Origin: Methanotrichaceae archaeon
GTDB taxonomy: Archaea > Halobacteriota > Methanosarcinia > Methanotrichales > Methanotrichaceae
NCBI GenBank assembly: GCA_963813075.1
Contig: CAWEXU010000030.1
Location: forward strand, 32,001-96,000
DNA: 64,000 nt
Direction of reading: 5' to 3'
The notes beneath the pieces were generated by a model. That model saw only the letters and a list, made by a program, of their open reading frames with translations, had not been told where the DNA came from and did not search any database. Position 1 is the first letter of the stretch, and every line of letters begins with the position of its first letter. Below, piece by piece: positions 52,488 to 61,230 of this stretch. The position numbers were made by a program, and so were the translations under genes.

Positions 52488-53591
52488 TCAGGGAATGCAA
52501 TCGCTCACTTTTTGCAGAACGACTTCAATTGGATTGAAGTAGACTGTGACACTGGTATCAGTCCCCGCATCGCCGCCTTCTGTGTCACCAATAATTTCAT
52601 ACATCTGTACTAATCCAGTGCCCCTTTCAAACTTATCCGGATCATGATCGGAATCAGTATAGCTTATAGAGTCAGGCTGTACATTGATATCCCGGATGAT
52701 ATATCCAACTGGAGCTCGATAAATGATTACATCGTTTGCAAATCCTTCTACAGTGGTCCAGTCTTCTGTGGTCTCCATAGCTTTCATATAAATAAAAGCT
52801 GTTATATATTTTTGATGATTTATCGCATTAACCCAAACCGTTATTTTTGGACCATTGCCCGAGAAATCGTTATCTCCTCGTTCATGTTCAGGAGTGAATT
52901 TGGCCTGTGTTCGTTGGGTGCGATCGGTCTTTACGACGCATTTAGGCCCGATTATGGGAACCTCGGATAACGTGAGATTGGACCACTTTACAACCAATGC
53001 CTTGTCGTTCAATGTGAGAGGCACACCATTCCCACCAATGTTTAAAGTCATCTGATAGTGATGCGCAATTGACAGGAATTGGCTCACATTGGTCAGGGCC
53101 CCATCCTTATTCATGAGAAAAACACTGGGTCGTGTCTCTGCATCAAAATCATATCCATAGTAACCGATCACGGGACGCCTGCTGGGATCGATGTTTAAAT
53201 CAACCTGCGAAGGTACCACCTGGCACAGAGCAGGGATAACTGGAGGAGGCGTTTCTCCTAATAGACGGGCCCTTATCCGAATGAGATCCTGCCTCACCCT
53301 TGTCCTTACAAAATCCGTGTCGCATCTGAATTCGACTCCAGCAGTAGCAACTCCTCTGGCCAGGGTATTTGAGACCTCATTTCTTATTGTGGATTGAGTG
53401 CTATCTGTCAGTTGATCTCGGGTCTCCTCCAGAATCGTCTGCCAATCTGCATTTGCATTGTCCAGCTTGAAGATGGCTTCATCCAGCACAGCAACAGCCT
53501 TATCAATCGAATTCGCCAGCGGATTGAAGTCTATGCAACCACTGATTGACAAAATAACAATGATGGCAGTCGGGACAAGAACCTTTTGCAT
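52488..53591 (-). CDS. Putative lipoprotein, hypothetical
   Basis: Lipobox-like LSISGC; 367-aa ORF; lower GC than neighbours. Confidence 0.7.
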   Translation of the reverse strand: MQKVLVPTAIIVILSISGCIDFNPLANSIDKAVAVLDEAIFKLDNANADWQTILEETRDQLTDSTQSTIRNEVSNTLARGVATAGVEFRCDTDFVRTRVRQDLIRIRARLLGETPPPVIPALCQVVPSQVDLNIDPSRRPVIGYYGYDFDAETRPSVFLMNKDGALTNVSQFLSIAHHYQMTLNIGGNGVPLTLNDKALVVKWSNLTLSEVPIIGPKCVVKTDRTQRTQAKFTPEHERGDNDFSGNGPKITVWVNAINHQKYITAFIYMKAMETTEDWTTVEGFANDVIIYRAPVGYIIRDINVQPDSISYTDSDHDPDKFERGTGLVQMYEIIGDTEGGDAGTDTSVTVYFNPIEVVLQKVSDCIP

Positions 53592-53716
53592 AATTTCCTC
53601 CTGAATCCAGAGTTTAGTACTAAGCTATATTGAAGTATAGGTACTAATCATATAAATATGCTTGCCCCTTTTGATAAGATCAAAATAGGATTCATGGCGG
53701 TGATTTAAGCATAAGG

Positions 53717-53788
53717 GGCCGGGACCGGGATTCGAACCCAGCTCGAGGGATCCACAGTCCCTCAGGATAACCACTACCCTATCCCGGC
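53717..53788 (-). tRNA. tRNA-His(GTG)
   Basis: Minus strand GCCGGGATAGGGTAGTGG...GAGGGA-CTGTGGA-TCCCTC...GGTTCGAATCCCGGTCCCGGCC. Confidence 0.93.
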
Positions 53789-53804
53789 ATGCCACAATTC
53801 CAGT

Positions 53805-55349
53805 CTACTGGGAGAAGATAAAACTTTCCCCGCCATAGGCCTTCTCCGAGACCTCCACCACCAGGGATATGAGATCCTCGGGCCGGCTTATGTAGTAGAC
53901 CTGGCCGAGTCCGGAAAGGGACTCCTCCACATGCCGATCTTTATAGGCCGGATCGATGGAGAAGAGGACGAACCGGCTCACCTCCGAGGCCCTTTTGATA
54001 TCCTCCCATTCCTGGTAGAGATTTTGAATATGGGTGTCTGTGATGCAGAGGATCAGGCAGCCCGGACGGCCTTGAGCCAGCTCCAGTATCCTTTTTCCCG
54101 GTATATGGGTGCGGGTGCAAAAGAACTCCACCAGCACATCCTCCACGGCATTCAGGTCCCGCGTCCAGCTGGCCAGCCGGTACTTCTCGCTGAAGTTTAT
54201 CGCCGCCAACTCCGCCCCCATGGAATGGGCGAACTGGCAGGCCTTGAAGGCGGCCAGGGTCGCCTTATGGCTCTTGGTGCCCTTCTTATGCCCCTCCATG
54301 GAGCGGCTGCTGTCCAGGACGATGAGAAGGTCGGGCACTCCCGCCCTTCCCGGCATCAGGGGGCTGGTCTCATAGTCCCTTTTGTAGGTCGAGACTCCGG
54401 GAATTAGATAGGGGCTCATGCTTTGAGAGTAGGAGACATCCAGATCAGAGCAGGGGTCGGTCAGCCTCCACTTGGTGTAGCCGGATGGGTTTTCCTCCGA
54501 GCGGGCCCTGGGGACCTCTCTGATCTCTATGGAGTAGCTCTGGTCGCGATACCAGCGCTTCAGGTCTCCCCTCTGCCCAAGGACCGCCAGGGCCTCCTCA
54601 TACTCGCCGGCATCAAGGTCCGCAGCACAGAGCAGGGGCACGGCATCTGCGCAGCCCTTCAGGATCTCCTGCGCCCTGACCGGTCCCTGCCCCAGGACCC
54701 CTGGTTCAAAGGCACTCAGGATGCGGGCCATCTCCTGGCACTGCCTGGGCCAGAGGCTCTTGTCCCTGATGCCGGGAGAGAAGATCCGCAGGAGTTGCCC
54801 CTTCTCCGGAAGGGAGCATGGGGGGAGGGGTGCCTCCCAAAACTCCCTTAGAAAGCCCAGTACCACCCGATCTATGGGCATGAGGGCCCGCCCCGCCCGG
54901 CCATCCAGCTCCGCCAGTCTCTTGTAGCCCATCAGCACCAGCTTTTCGTCCCGCGCGCTCCGCTCCAGCCGGAAGGAGTCCGTTACAATATCGGAGAAGA
55001 TGTTCACCATCCTGCGGGCAGATTCTATATCGCCAGGGGAGCCTGGCAAAAGGTCCGATGTAAAATCCGGATGCTCCAGGCCCTTGAGCGCGGCCAGAGC
55101 CAGGAGGGAAGCATTTTCCAGCGATCGAGGGCAGAAGATGTATTGAACTATAAGATGCTCGAAGAGGTTTTCCAGATACCGGGGTCCGAGCTGGATCGCT
55201 TCCCGGTCTAAGGTGATCTGATAGTTCTGGAAGGGAAAGCTGCCCTGGGCTGTGCCATCCGCCCGGCCCAGAACGGGCATAGGGAGGAGCGGCCAGTGCC
55301 AGTTCTCCCGAGAGCTCTGCCAGATCTCAATCCAGCCCCAGGACTCCAT
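53805..55349 (-). CDS. VWA-domain protein
   Basis: C-terminal LLIVLDSSRSM (MIDAS DxSxS), AINFS and CITDT motifs. Confidence 0.85.
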   Translation of the reverse strand: MESWGWIEIWQSSRENWHWPLLPMPVLGRADGTAQGSFPFQNYQITLDREAIQLGPRYLENLFEHLIVQYIFCPRSLENASLLALAALKGLEHPDFTSDLLPGSPGDIESARRMVNIFSDIVTDSFRLERSARDEKLVLMGYKRLAELDGRAGRALMPIDRVVLGFLREFWEAPLPPCSLPEKGQLLRIFSPGIRDKSLWPRQCQEMARILSAFEPGVLGQGPVRAQEILKGCADAVPLLCAADLDAGEYEEALAVLGQRGDLKRWYRDQSYSIEIREVPRARSEENPSGYTKWRLTDPCSDLDVSYSQSMSPYLIPGVSTYKRDYETSPLMPGRAGVPDLLIVLDSSRSMEGHKKGTKSHKATLAAFKACQFAHSMGAELAAINFSEKYRLASWTRDLNAVEDVLVEFFCTRTHIPGKRILELAQGRPGCLILCITDTHIQNLYQEWEDIKRASEVSRFVLFSIDPAYKDRHVEESLSGLGQVYYISRPEDLISLVVEVSEKAYGGESFIFSQ

Positions 55350-56091
55350 CCGCCGCCTCGGGTCCGAATTCCTTCGCCCTTATCTGCCCGTTCTTCATCC
55401 GCCATCCCGCCCTCCTTCCCGCCCGGCCAAAAACGGTGATCCTGCCCCCTTTCATCAGCAATCCCAAATAGTCCCCCGCATCGCCGTGAATGCGCAGGCT
55501 CCCCGCGCTCATCAGCCAGCCCGCTCTCTCCCCGCAGCTGCCCTGGCAGACCACCCTCCCGCCACAGCAGCCCAGGGCCAGGAAGTTGCCGCAGTCTCCT
55601 TTGATCACACCCAGACCCCCGCCCATCCGGCGAAAGGCGTAGTGGCCCGCGCCGGGGGCAACTATCCCCCCGCCGGTCATCTCCTGGCCCAGATAGTCGC
55701 CTGCCGCCTGGCGGAGATAGATCCTGCCCCCTGTCATCCTCTCCCCCACATGCTCTCTGCCCTCATCCAGGATGATGGTGCCCCGGGATAGCTCCAGGCC
55801 GGCATAATCTCTGGCCGGAAGGTGCAGGGGCTCTGGATTCCTCTCAGCGGCAATGCTGGAGATATATCCCCAGATTAGCTGATACTTCTTCCCCGGATCG
55901 GATGCGAGCAGCATCTCAAGGGTGCTGGCATCCAGAGGGAGTAGCTCTTCGATCTCCGCCCGGCTGGGCCTGGTTCCCACCCTATCTGCCAGGTCCTCCA
56001 GGCTGAAGATGGGATCTCCCTCCTGGCTTTTCAGCCTGCGGCCCCTGTTCAGGCCGCGATAAGCGTTGTCCATGAAGCGCGTGAGCTTCAT
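55327..56091 (-). CDS. GXGXG beta-helix protein (FwdC/GltB C-terminal-like)
   Basis: Repeated G..M.GG.I.(V/I).G.AG units. Confidence 0.8.
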   Translation of the reverse strand: MKLTRFMDNAYRGLNRGRRLKSQEGDPIFSLEDLADRVGTRPSRAEIEELLPLDASTLEMLLASDPGKKYQLIWGYISSIAAERNPEPLHLPARDYAGLELSRGTIILDEGREHVGERMTGGRIYLRQAAGDYLGQEMTGGGIVAPGAGHYAFRRMGGGLGVIKGDCGNFLALGCCGGRVVCQGSCGERAGWLMSAGSLRIHGDAGDYLGLLMKGGRITVFGRAGRRAGWRMKNGQIRAKEFGPEAADGVLGLD

Positions 56092-56092
56092 C

Positions 56093-57358
56093 TCATCCTC
56101 TCCTCATCAACTGCTGGAGAGCGGGTATGAAGTCCAGCCGGGCGATGGGATCGTCATAGATCGATAGCTCCTCTATCGCCCTCGATACTGATATCTCCCC
56201 ATCCACTGCCCGGGAGAAGATCAGGTTCATGTCTGCCCGCTCGTTCATAGTGCGATTGATGCTCTTTTCCACCAGTTCTGCCACCAGGGCCAGCTTTCTT
56301 GCCCCATAGTAAGGAGGCCGCTCGATGACGGATCTTACCGGGTTTATGCGGTGCCAGATCACATAGGGAGCCACCGCTTTTAAGACCTCCAGGTCGGCCT
56401 CTCTATCCAGGAGATAGGCAAAAGCGCGGGAAAAGGATCTCAGGTCCTGGCGCACCCGATCTGACAGACCCTCGTCTGCCTGCCAGCAGATGGCCTCCGG
56501 ATTGCCGCTGTAGTGGCAGCCCGGGCACAGACCTCGCGAGGGGCGGGCAGCGGATAGCTGGGTCTTGTCATACGACGGCGCTCTCTCGCAGAGGGTGAAA
56601 TCCCTCACTAAAGAGAGCACTGCCAGCTCCGCCTGCGGGTCCAGCCTCTTTTGGGCCACCTGTCCGGGCAGGGAGTCGAACTCCTGGGAGGTGAAGCGGG
56701 GCAGTTCCTCTGCCAGTTCCCGGACCTCCTTCTCCCTCTCGGAGAGGGCTAGCCCGGCCAGGAAATCGGGCTGATAGGCGGGAACGCAGACAGAGATGCG
56801 GTCCAGCAGGGCCTCGTCCAGGGGATAGGTGGCGGAGAACTCCGGGTTCATGGTCAGATAAAAGCAGGTATCTCCGGGCTCGTACACCTGGCCGGCATAG
56901 CTGATCTTTCTCTTCTTGATTATCTCCAAAAACAGGTTCTGCTTGCCCCCAGGAAAGCGGTTGATCTCATTGATCAGCTTCCAGCGGGATCGGGACCAGG
57001 GAGTCCAGAGAACCGTGCAGGGCCCTTCCTCCTCTCGTGTCCACTGTCTGGGATCAAGAAAGCCCACCATCTTCTCCTCCGTCTGCTCCGGATGGCCGGT
57101 CACCATCCGGTCCTCTACCTGGTCAAAGGATAAAGAGAGGAATGAGGAACCCAGCAGATTGACCAGAGTGGTCTTGTTCGCCCCCATTCCGCCGTAGAGG
57201 AGAAGAGCACGGTTTCGCAGGCAGGCGTTGGCAATAGAGAAGTAGAGCTGAGAGTTGACCCGTTGATCGCCGATGGCAAGATCCTTCCTGGCCACATGCA
57301 GCCTCAGCTCCTCTAAGGCGGAGATCAGGGCTTTTATCTTCTCCAGAGGGTCCGGCAT
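56093..57358 (-). CDS. MoxR-like AAA+ ATPase with non-canonical Walker motifs
   Basis: LLYGGMGANKTT, LINEINR, QNLFLE, TMNP...YPLDEALLDRI. Confidence 0.85.
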   Translation of the reverse strand: MPDPLEKIKALISALEELRLHVARKDLAIGDQRVNSQLYFSIANACLRNRALLLYGGMGANKTTLVNLLGSSFLSLSFDQVEDRMVTGHPEQTEEKMVGFLDPRQWTREEEGPCTVLWTPWSRSRWKLINEINRFPGGKQNLFLEIIKKRKISYAGQVYEPGDTCFYLTMNPEFSATYPLDEALLDRISVCVPAYQPDFLAGLALSEREKEVRELAEELPRFTSQEFDSLPGQVAQKRLDPQAELAVLSLVRDFTLCERAPSYDKTQLSAARPSRGLCPGCHYSGNPEAICWQADEGLSDRVRQDLRSFSRAFAYLLDREADLEVLKAVAPYVIWHRINPVRSVIERPPYYGARKLALVAELVEKSINRTMNERADMNLIFSRAVDGEISVSRAIEELSIYDDPIARLDFIPALQQLMRRG

Positions 57359-57464
57359 AAAAAGATATCTCTAATGCATGCGATATTTAAATCAGGCGAG
57401 AGGAGCGGCGGATTTGTGGATGAAGAAGGGATAGCGACTTTTGGCTTGAGAGAAGATAGGAACA

Positions 57465-57504
57465 GCAAAAGTCAGTGTAGGAGGGATTGAAGATTGACTT
57501 TTGC
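57465..57504 (-). ncRNA. Candidate small RNA unit 3 (hairpin with AUCCCUCC loop)
   Basis: Perfect 10-bp stem GCAAAAGUCA/UGACUUUUGC; TTATATT box 24 nt upstream. Confidence 0.55.
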
Positions 57505-57598
57505 CAGGAATCCATACGACATAAGACGAATATAACTCTTTCGGGCGATAACGATCGACGTGATTTCTATTGGAAGGACTTTCCGAAAAGGAGGGAGG

Positions 57599-57645
57599 GG
57601 CAAAAGTCACCATACGGGAGGGATTGATGGCCGTCGACTTTTGCC
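57599..57645 (-). ncRNA. Candidate small RNA unit 2 (hairpin with AUCCCUCC loop)
   Basis: Stem GGCAAAAGUC/GACUUUUGCC; AAAAGG-TTTAAAT BRE/TATA about 24 nt upstream; CCCUCCUUUU tail. Confidence 0.55.
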
Positions 57646-57734
57646 TGCGTTTATTACGGCATTTGACGATTTAAACCTTTTGGCCGCATGCCTGCATCGG
57701 TTTATTAGCTTAATTTAATGTAAATAGGAGGGGG

Positions 57735-57777
57735 GCAAAAGTCATTTTATAGGAGGGATGTGGGTATTGACCTTTGC
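57735..57777 (-). ncRNA. Candidate small RNA unit 1 (hairpin with AUCCCUCC loop)
   Basis: Stem GCAAAGGUCA/UGACUUUUGC (one G-U); AAATATATA box 24 nt upstream. Confidence 0.55.
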
Positions 57778-57939
57778 ACAACTACTATACGATCATCAAC
57801 GTATATATTTGTTTCCGTCTGAAGCAATCGCCGATAGAATGCTTCTGCCAGGATGTCCTGCCAGGATGAAATGGGTGGACATGCCAGCATGAGTCATATT
57901 GGCACTCCACCTCAATACTGCCATCCGCATAATAGGATC

Positions 57940-59271
57940 CTAATCAGTCATTGTAGAGCCATCATAGATGCTGAATGTCGGATCGATCTCCCCCTTGAAT
58001 CTCTCCAGATAAAAGCCCATTATCTCCCTCATTCTCTCCACGGGATTCACCTCGAAGACATCCTTTTTATAAGCGCCGCCAAAAGAATCATTAAAATCGC
58101 CGAAATCGACATCCTCCCGGATCAGATGCTTTGTCATCTCATATATCTCGGTTCCAGGAATGGGAGTTAAAAGAAATACGTTTATCCATTTTGGCTTTGA
58201 TTCGGCAATCATCCTCTTGGTCAGATCTATATCCTCCTGAGTCTCACCGGGAATTCCCACTATCAAGAACATCCCGGTGACGATTCCGACCTCATTGGTC
58301 AGCTTAAAAGCCCTTATTATCTGCTCAACGGTAATTCCCTTGTTCAGGAGGTCCAGGATCGCCGGGCTCCCGCTCTCCACCCCAAAGCCAAGCTCGACGC
58401 AGCCCGCCTGTTTCATTCGAGACAATATCTCAAAATCAACCGTATCCACCCTGGCCATGGCCTCCCACTTCTTCCCAGGAAGCTCTTTTTCCATGGCATT
58501 ACAAAAATCAAGCAACCTCTTTCTGTTCTGGGTGAACAGATCGTCATCAAATGAGACGATTTCAACATCGTATTCATCATACAGCAGTCTCATCTCCTCG
58601 ATGATGTTATGGACGGATCGAAATCTGATCTGATTTCCGAAGACGGCTTTGCTGCAAAATCGGCAGGAGTACCGGCAGCCTCGAGCGGTGATTATCGGGG
58701 AAGTAGCACCCCCCAAATGCGTTTTCCATGGATCGGTATATTTATGCATATCCAGTAGATGCCTCGCGGGATAGGGGATCTCATCAAGATCTTTTATAAA
58801 TTCCCTGGGAGGCGTCCTTACCACATCCCCCTTCGAGACAAAGGAGATACCCTTAACATCATCCAGGGGTAGATCGTTCTCTATCGCCCTGACCAGCTCG
58901 ACTATGGTCCTTTCGCCCTCTCCATAGCATACTATTGAGTAGCCGCTCTCGTGCAGCCTGGAGCTGGGCAGACACATGACCCCCGGTCCGCCGATCATAA
59001 AGACAGCATTCTCTCTTCCCACAATGCCCGGAATTTTCATTGCCTCACCGAGCAATGGAATAGTTGAGGTCACCCCGACGATGTCCGCGTTCAATTCAGT
59101 GATTTTTTTAATGTAATCATCATAGTCGCAGATAAACCCGTCAATTATTTCTATTTCTAAATCATTATTATAAGCTAAGAGTGATGACGCCAAATACGCC
59201 AGCCCTAAAGGAGGCTCTGGACAAATGGAAAATGCCGTTCTGCCATTGGGCTGCACGAATGATATCTTCAT
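57940..59271 (-). CDS. B12-binding radical SAM protein (class B methyltransferase-like)
   Basis: PPLGLAYLAS, GGP, YGEGE, RGCRYSCRFC, DDLFT, GVESGS and GIPGET motifs. Confidence 0.9.
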   Translation of the reverse strand: MKISFVQPNGRTAFSICPEPPLGLAYLASSLLAYNNDLEIEIIDGFICDYDDYIKKITELNADIVGVTSTIPLLGEAMKIPGIVGRENAVFMIGGPGVMCLPSSRLHESGYSIVCYGEGERTIVELVRAIENDLPLDDVKGISFVSKGDVVRTPPREFIKDLDEIPYPARHLLDMHKYTDPWKTHLGGATSPIITARGCRYSCRFCSKAVFGNQIRFRSVHNIIEEMRLLYDEYDVEIVSFDDDLFTQNRKRLLDFCNAMEKELPGKKWEAMARVDTVDFEILSRMKQAGCVELGFGVESGSPAILDLLNKGITVEQIIRAFKLTNEVGIVTGMFLIVGIPGETQEDIDLTKRMIAESKPKWINVFLLTPIPGTEIYEMTKHLIREDVDFGDFNDSFGGAYKKDVFEVNPVERMREIMGFYLERFKGEIDPTFSIYDGSTMTD

Positions 59272-59364
59272 AATTAATTGGTCCTCCACAAAATATATTT
59301 ACATTTTCCTGAAGAAGGAAGTTCGGGCAAAAGAGTAATTAGATCTGCCGGAGAAAGGGAATTG

Positions 59365-60303
59365 ATGATCTACACAATCACCCTTAACCCCGCCCTGGAC
59401 CGCACCTTATGGATTAAAAACATGCGCGACGATGTCTCAAACCGCATAATAGAGGAGAAGAGCTTCGCAGGAGGAAAGAGCGTCGATGTCTCCAAGGTGC
59501 TCAAGAACCTGGGCCAGGAGAACATCGCCCTGGGGTTCGTGGGCGGCTTCGCCGGACGCGAACTGGAAGGACGGTTGCTCAATGAGGGCATTGAGACCGA
59601 TTTCGTGCGGGTATCCGGCGAGACCCGCACCAATATCGTGATTCATGAGAAGGATACGGGAAAGCAGTATGTCTTCAATGCCCGCGGCCCGGAGATCAGG
59701 CCGGATGAGCTGATGCAGTTCATAGAGCAGCTGGAGAGGCTGCCCTGCAGCGAGCTGGTCACCATCGGAGGGAGCCTGCCCCTAGGTATCAGCCCGGAGA
59801 TCTATCGCAAGATCATAAACCTGGTGAAAAAATGCCAGGTGAGGGTGGTGCTGGATGTGGACGGCGAGGCTCTCCGCCAGGGGATCTGTGCCCGGCCCAA
59901 TATCATCAAGCCGAATATCCATGAGCTCTCCGAGCTGGTGGGCCGGGAGCTGGCGGAGATGGAGGATATCGTTGCTGCTTCCAGAGAGATAAACCAGAGA
60001 GGAGTGGAGATCGTCCTCGTCTCCATGGGAGCGAGGGGAATACTCCTGGTCTCCGGCAGCAGGAGCTACTTGGCAGTGCCACCGGCGGTCAAAGTAGAGA
60101 GCACCGTGGGCGCAGGAGACTCATCTGTGGCCGGTTTCATCTTTGGCCTGGTGCAGGGGAAGGACCTGCCGGAGTGCCTGATCTATGCCGCCGCTGCAGG
60201 CACCGCCACCACCCTTCGTCAGGGAACAGCTCTTTGCCAGAAAGAGGATTTTGAGAGGCTGGTCCCACAGGTTGTGCTGACCGATCTCTCCCGCAAAGAA
60301 TGA
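59365..60303 (+). CDS. 1-phosphofructokinase/PfkB-family hexose-phosphate kinase
   Basis: TITLNPALD, GGKS.DVS, GETRTN, GSLPLG, KPNIHEL, SMGARG and TVGAGDSS motifs. Confidence 0.9.
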   Translation: MIYTITLNPALDRTLWIKNMRDDVSNRIIEEKSFAGGKSVDVSKVLKNLGQENIALGFVGGFAGRELEGRLLNEGIETDFVRVSGETRTNIVIHEKDTGKQYVFNARGPEIRPDELMQFIEQLERLPCSELVTIGGSLPLGISPEIYRKIINLVKKCQVRVVLDVDGEALRQGICARPNIIKPNIHELSELVGRELAEMEDIVAASREINQRGVEIVLVSMGARGILLVSGSRSYLAVPPAVKVESTVGAGDSSVAGFIFGLVQGKDLPECLIYAAAAGTATTLRQGTALCQKEDFERLVPQVVLTDLSRKE

Positions 60304-60312
60304 GGTGGAAGA

Positions 60313-61230
60313 ATGATTGAGAATGAGAATATCAGGGTCCCCCTGGATGTCCCGGCAAAGAGCCGCAAAAGATACCTGGATAACTATATGAAGATCACCA
60401 AAGGCCGGGGCCGTCTGATGCTATTTGCCGGCGACCAGAAGGCAGAGCACTTAAACGACGACTTCATCGGAGAGGGTATTGCCCCCGAGGATAACGATCC
60501 AGAACACCTCTTCCGGATAGCGGCCAAATCCAATATAGGCGTCTTTGCCACCCAGCTGGGCCTGATCGCCCACTATGGCATGGACTATCCATCTGTCCCC
60601 TACCTGGTCAAGCTGAACTCCAAGACCAACCTGATCAAAACCAATCAGGCGGACCCCCGCAGCCCCCAATGGATAGATGTCCAGCAGGTCATCGAGTTTC
60701 TTGAAAGCAGCAAGCTCGATATCCTGGGGGTGGGCTACACCATCTACCTGGGAAGCGAGCATGAGGGAAAGATGCTCTCCCAGGCCGCCCGGCTCGTCTT
60801 CCAGGCCCATCAGGCCGGTCTGGTCACAGTGCTCTGGATCTATCCCCGGGGACGGGCGGTTGGGGATGAGAAGGACCCTCACCTCATCGCCGGCGCGGCC
60901 GGCGTGGCCCTGACTCTGGGAAGCGACTTCGTCAAAGTGAACTATCCGGCCAAAGCCGGGCAGGACTCGGCGGAGATATTCAAGGAGGCGGTCGTGGCAG
61001 CGGGCCGCACCAGGGTGGTCTGTGCCGGCGGGGAGAGCACCGATGCCCGCCTGTTCCTGCAGAGGCTGTACGACCAGATCCACATCAGCGGTGCGGCAGG
61101 AAATGCTACCGGCAGGAACATTCACCAGAGGCCTTTGGAAGAAGCCGTGAGGCTATGCAATGCCATCTATGCCATAACCGTGGATAATGCCAGCGTGGAC
61201 TGGGCCTACAGGCTCTACCTGGGAGAATGA
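60313..61230 (+). CDS. Class I (DhnA-type) fructose-bisphosphate aldolase
   Basis: AGDQK.EH, YTIYLGSEHE, LWIYPRG, LGSDFVKVNYP and GRNIHQ motifs. Confidence 0.85.
   Translation: MIENENIRVPLDVPAKSRKRYLDNYMKITKGRGRLMLFAGDQKAEHLNDDFIGEGIAPEDNDPEHLFRIAAKSNIGVFATQLGLIAHYGMDYPSVPYLVKLNSKTNLIKTNQADPRSPQWIDVQQVIEFLESSKLDILGVGYTIYLGSEHEGKMLSQAARLVFQAHQAGLVTVLWIYPRGRAVGDEKDPHLIAGAAGVALTLGSDFVKVNYPAKAGQDSAEIFKEAVVAAGRTRVVCAGGESTDARLFLQRLYDQIHISGAAGNATGRNIHQRPLEEAVRLCNAIYAITVDNASVDWAYRLYLGE

Noticed and set aside
53717..53789. tRNA-His lacks an encoded G-1
   Set aside because: Post-transcriptional G-1 addition by Thg1 is known in some methanogens; not novel
57392..57613. 73-aa ORF and other short ORFs across the hairpin array as RiPP precursors
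   Set aside because: No reading frame or peptide is conserved among the three units; conservation follows base-pairing instead
57450..57815. CRISPR or TIGR-type guide array interpretation of the repeats
   Set aside because: Units are 135 bp apart with their own promoter-like elements, variable segments are short and unequal, there are no box C/D motifs, and no cas or Nop-domain gene is in the window
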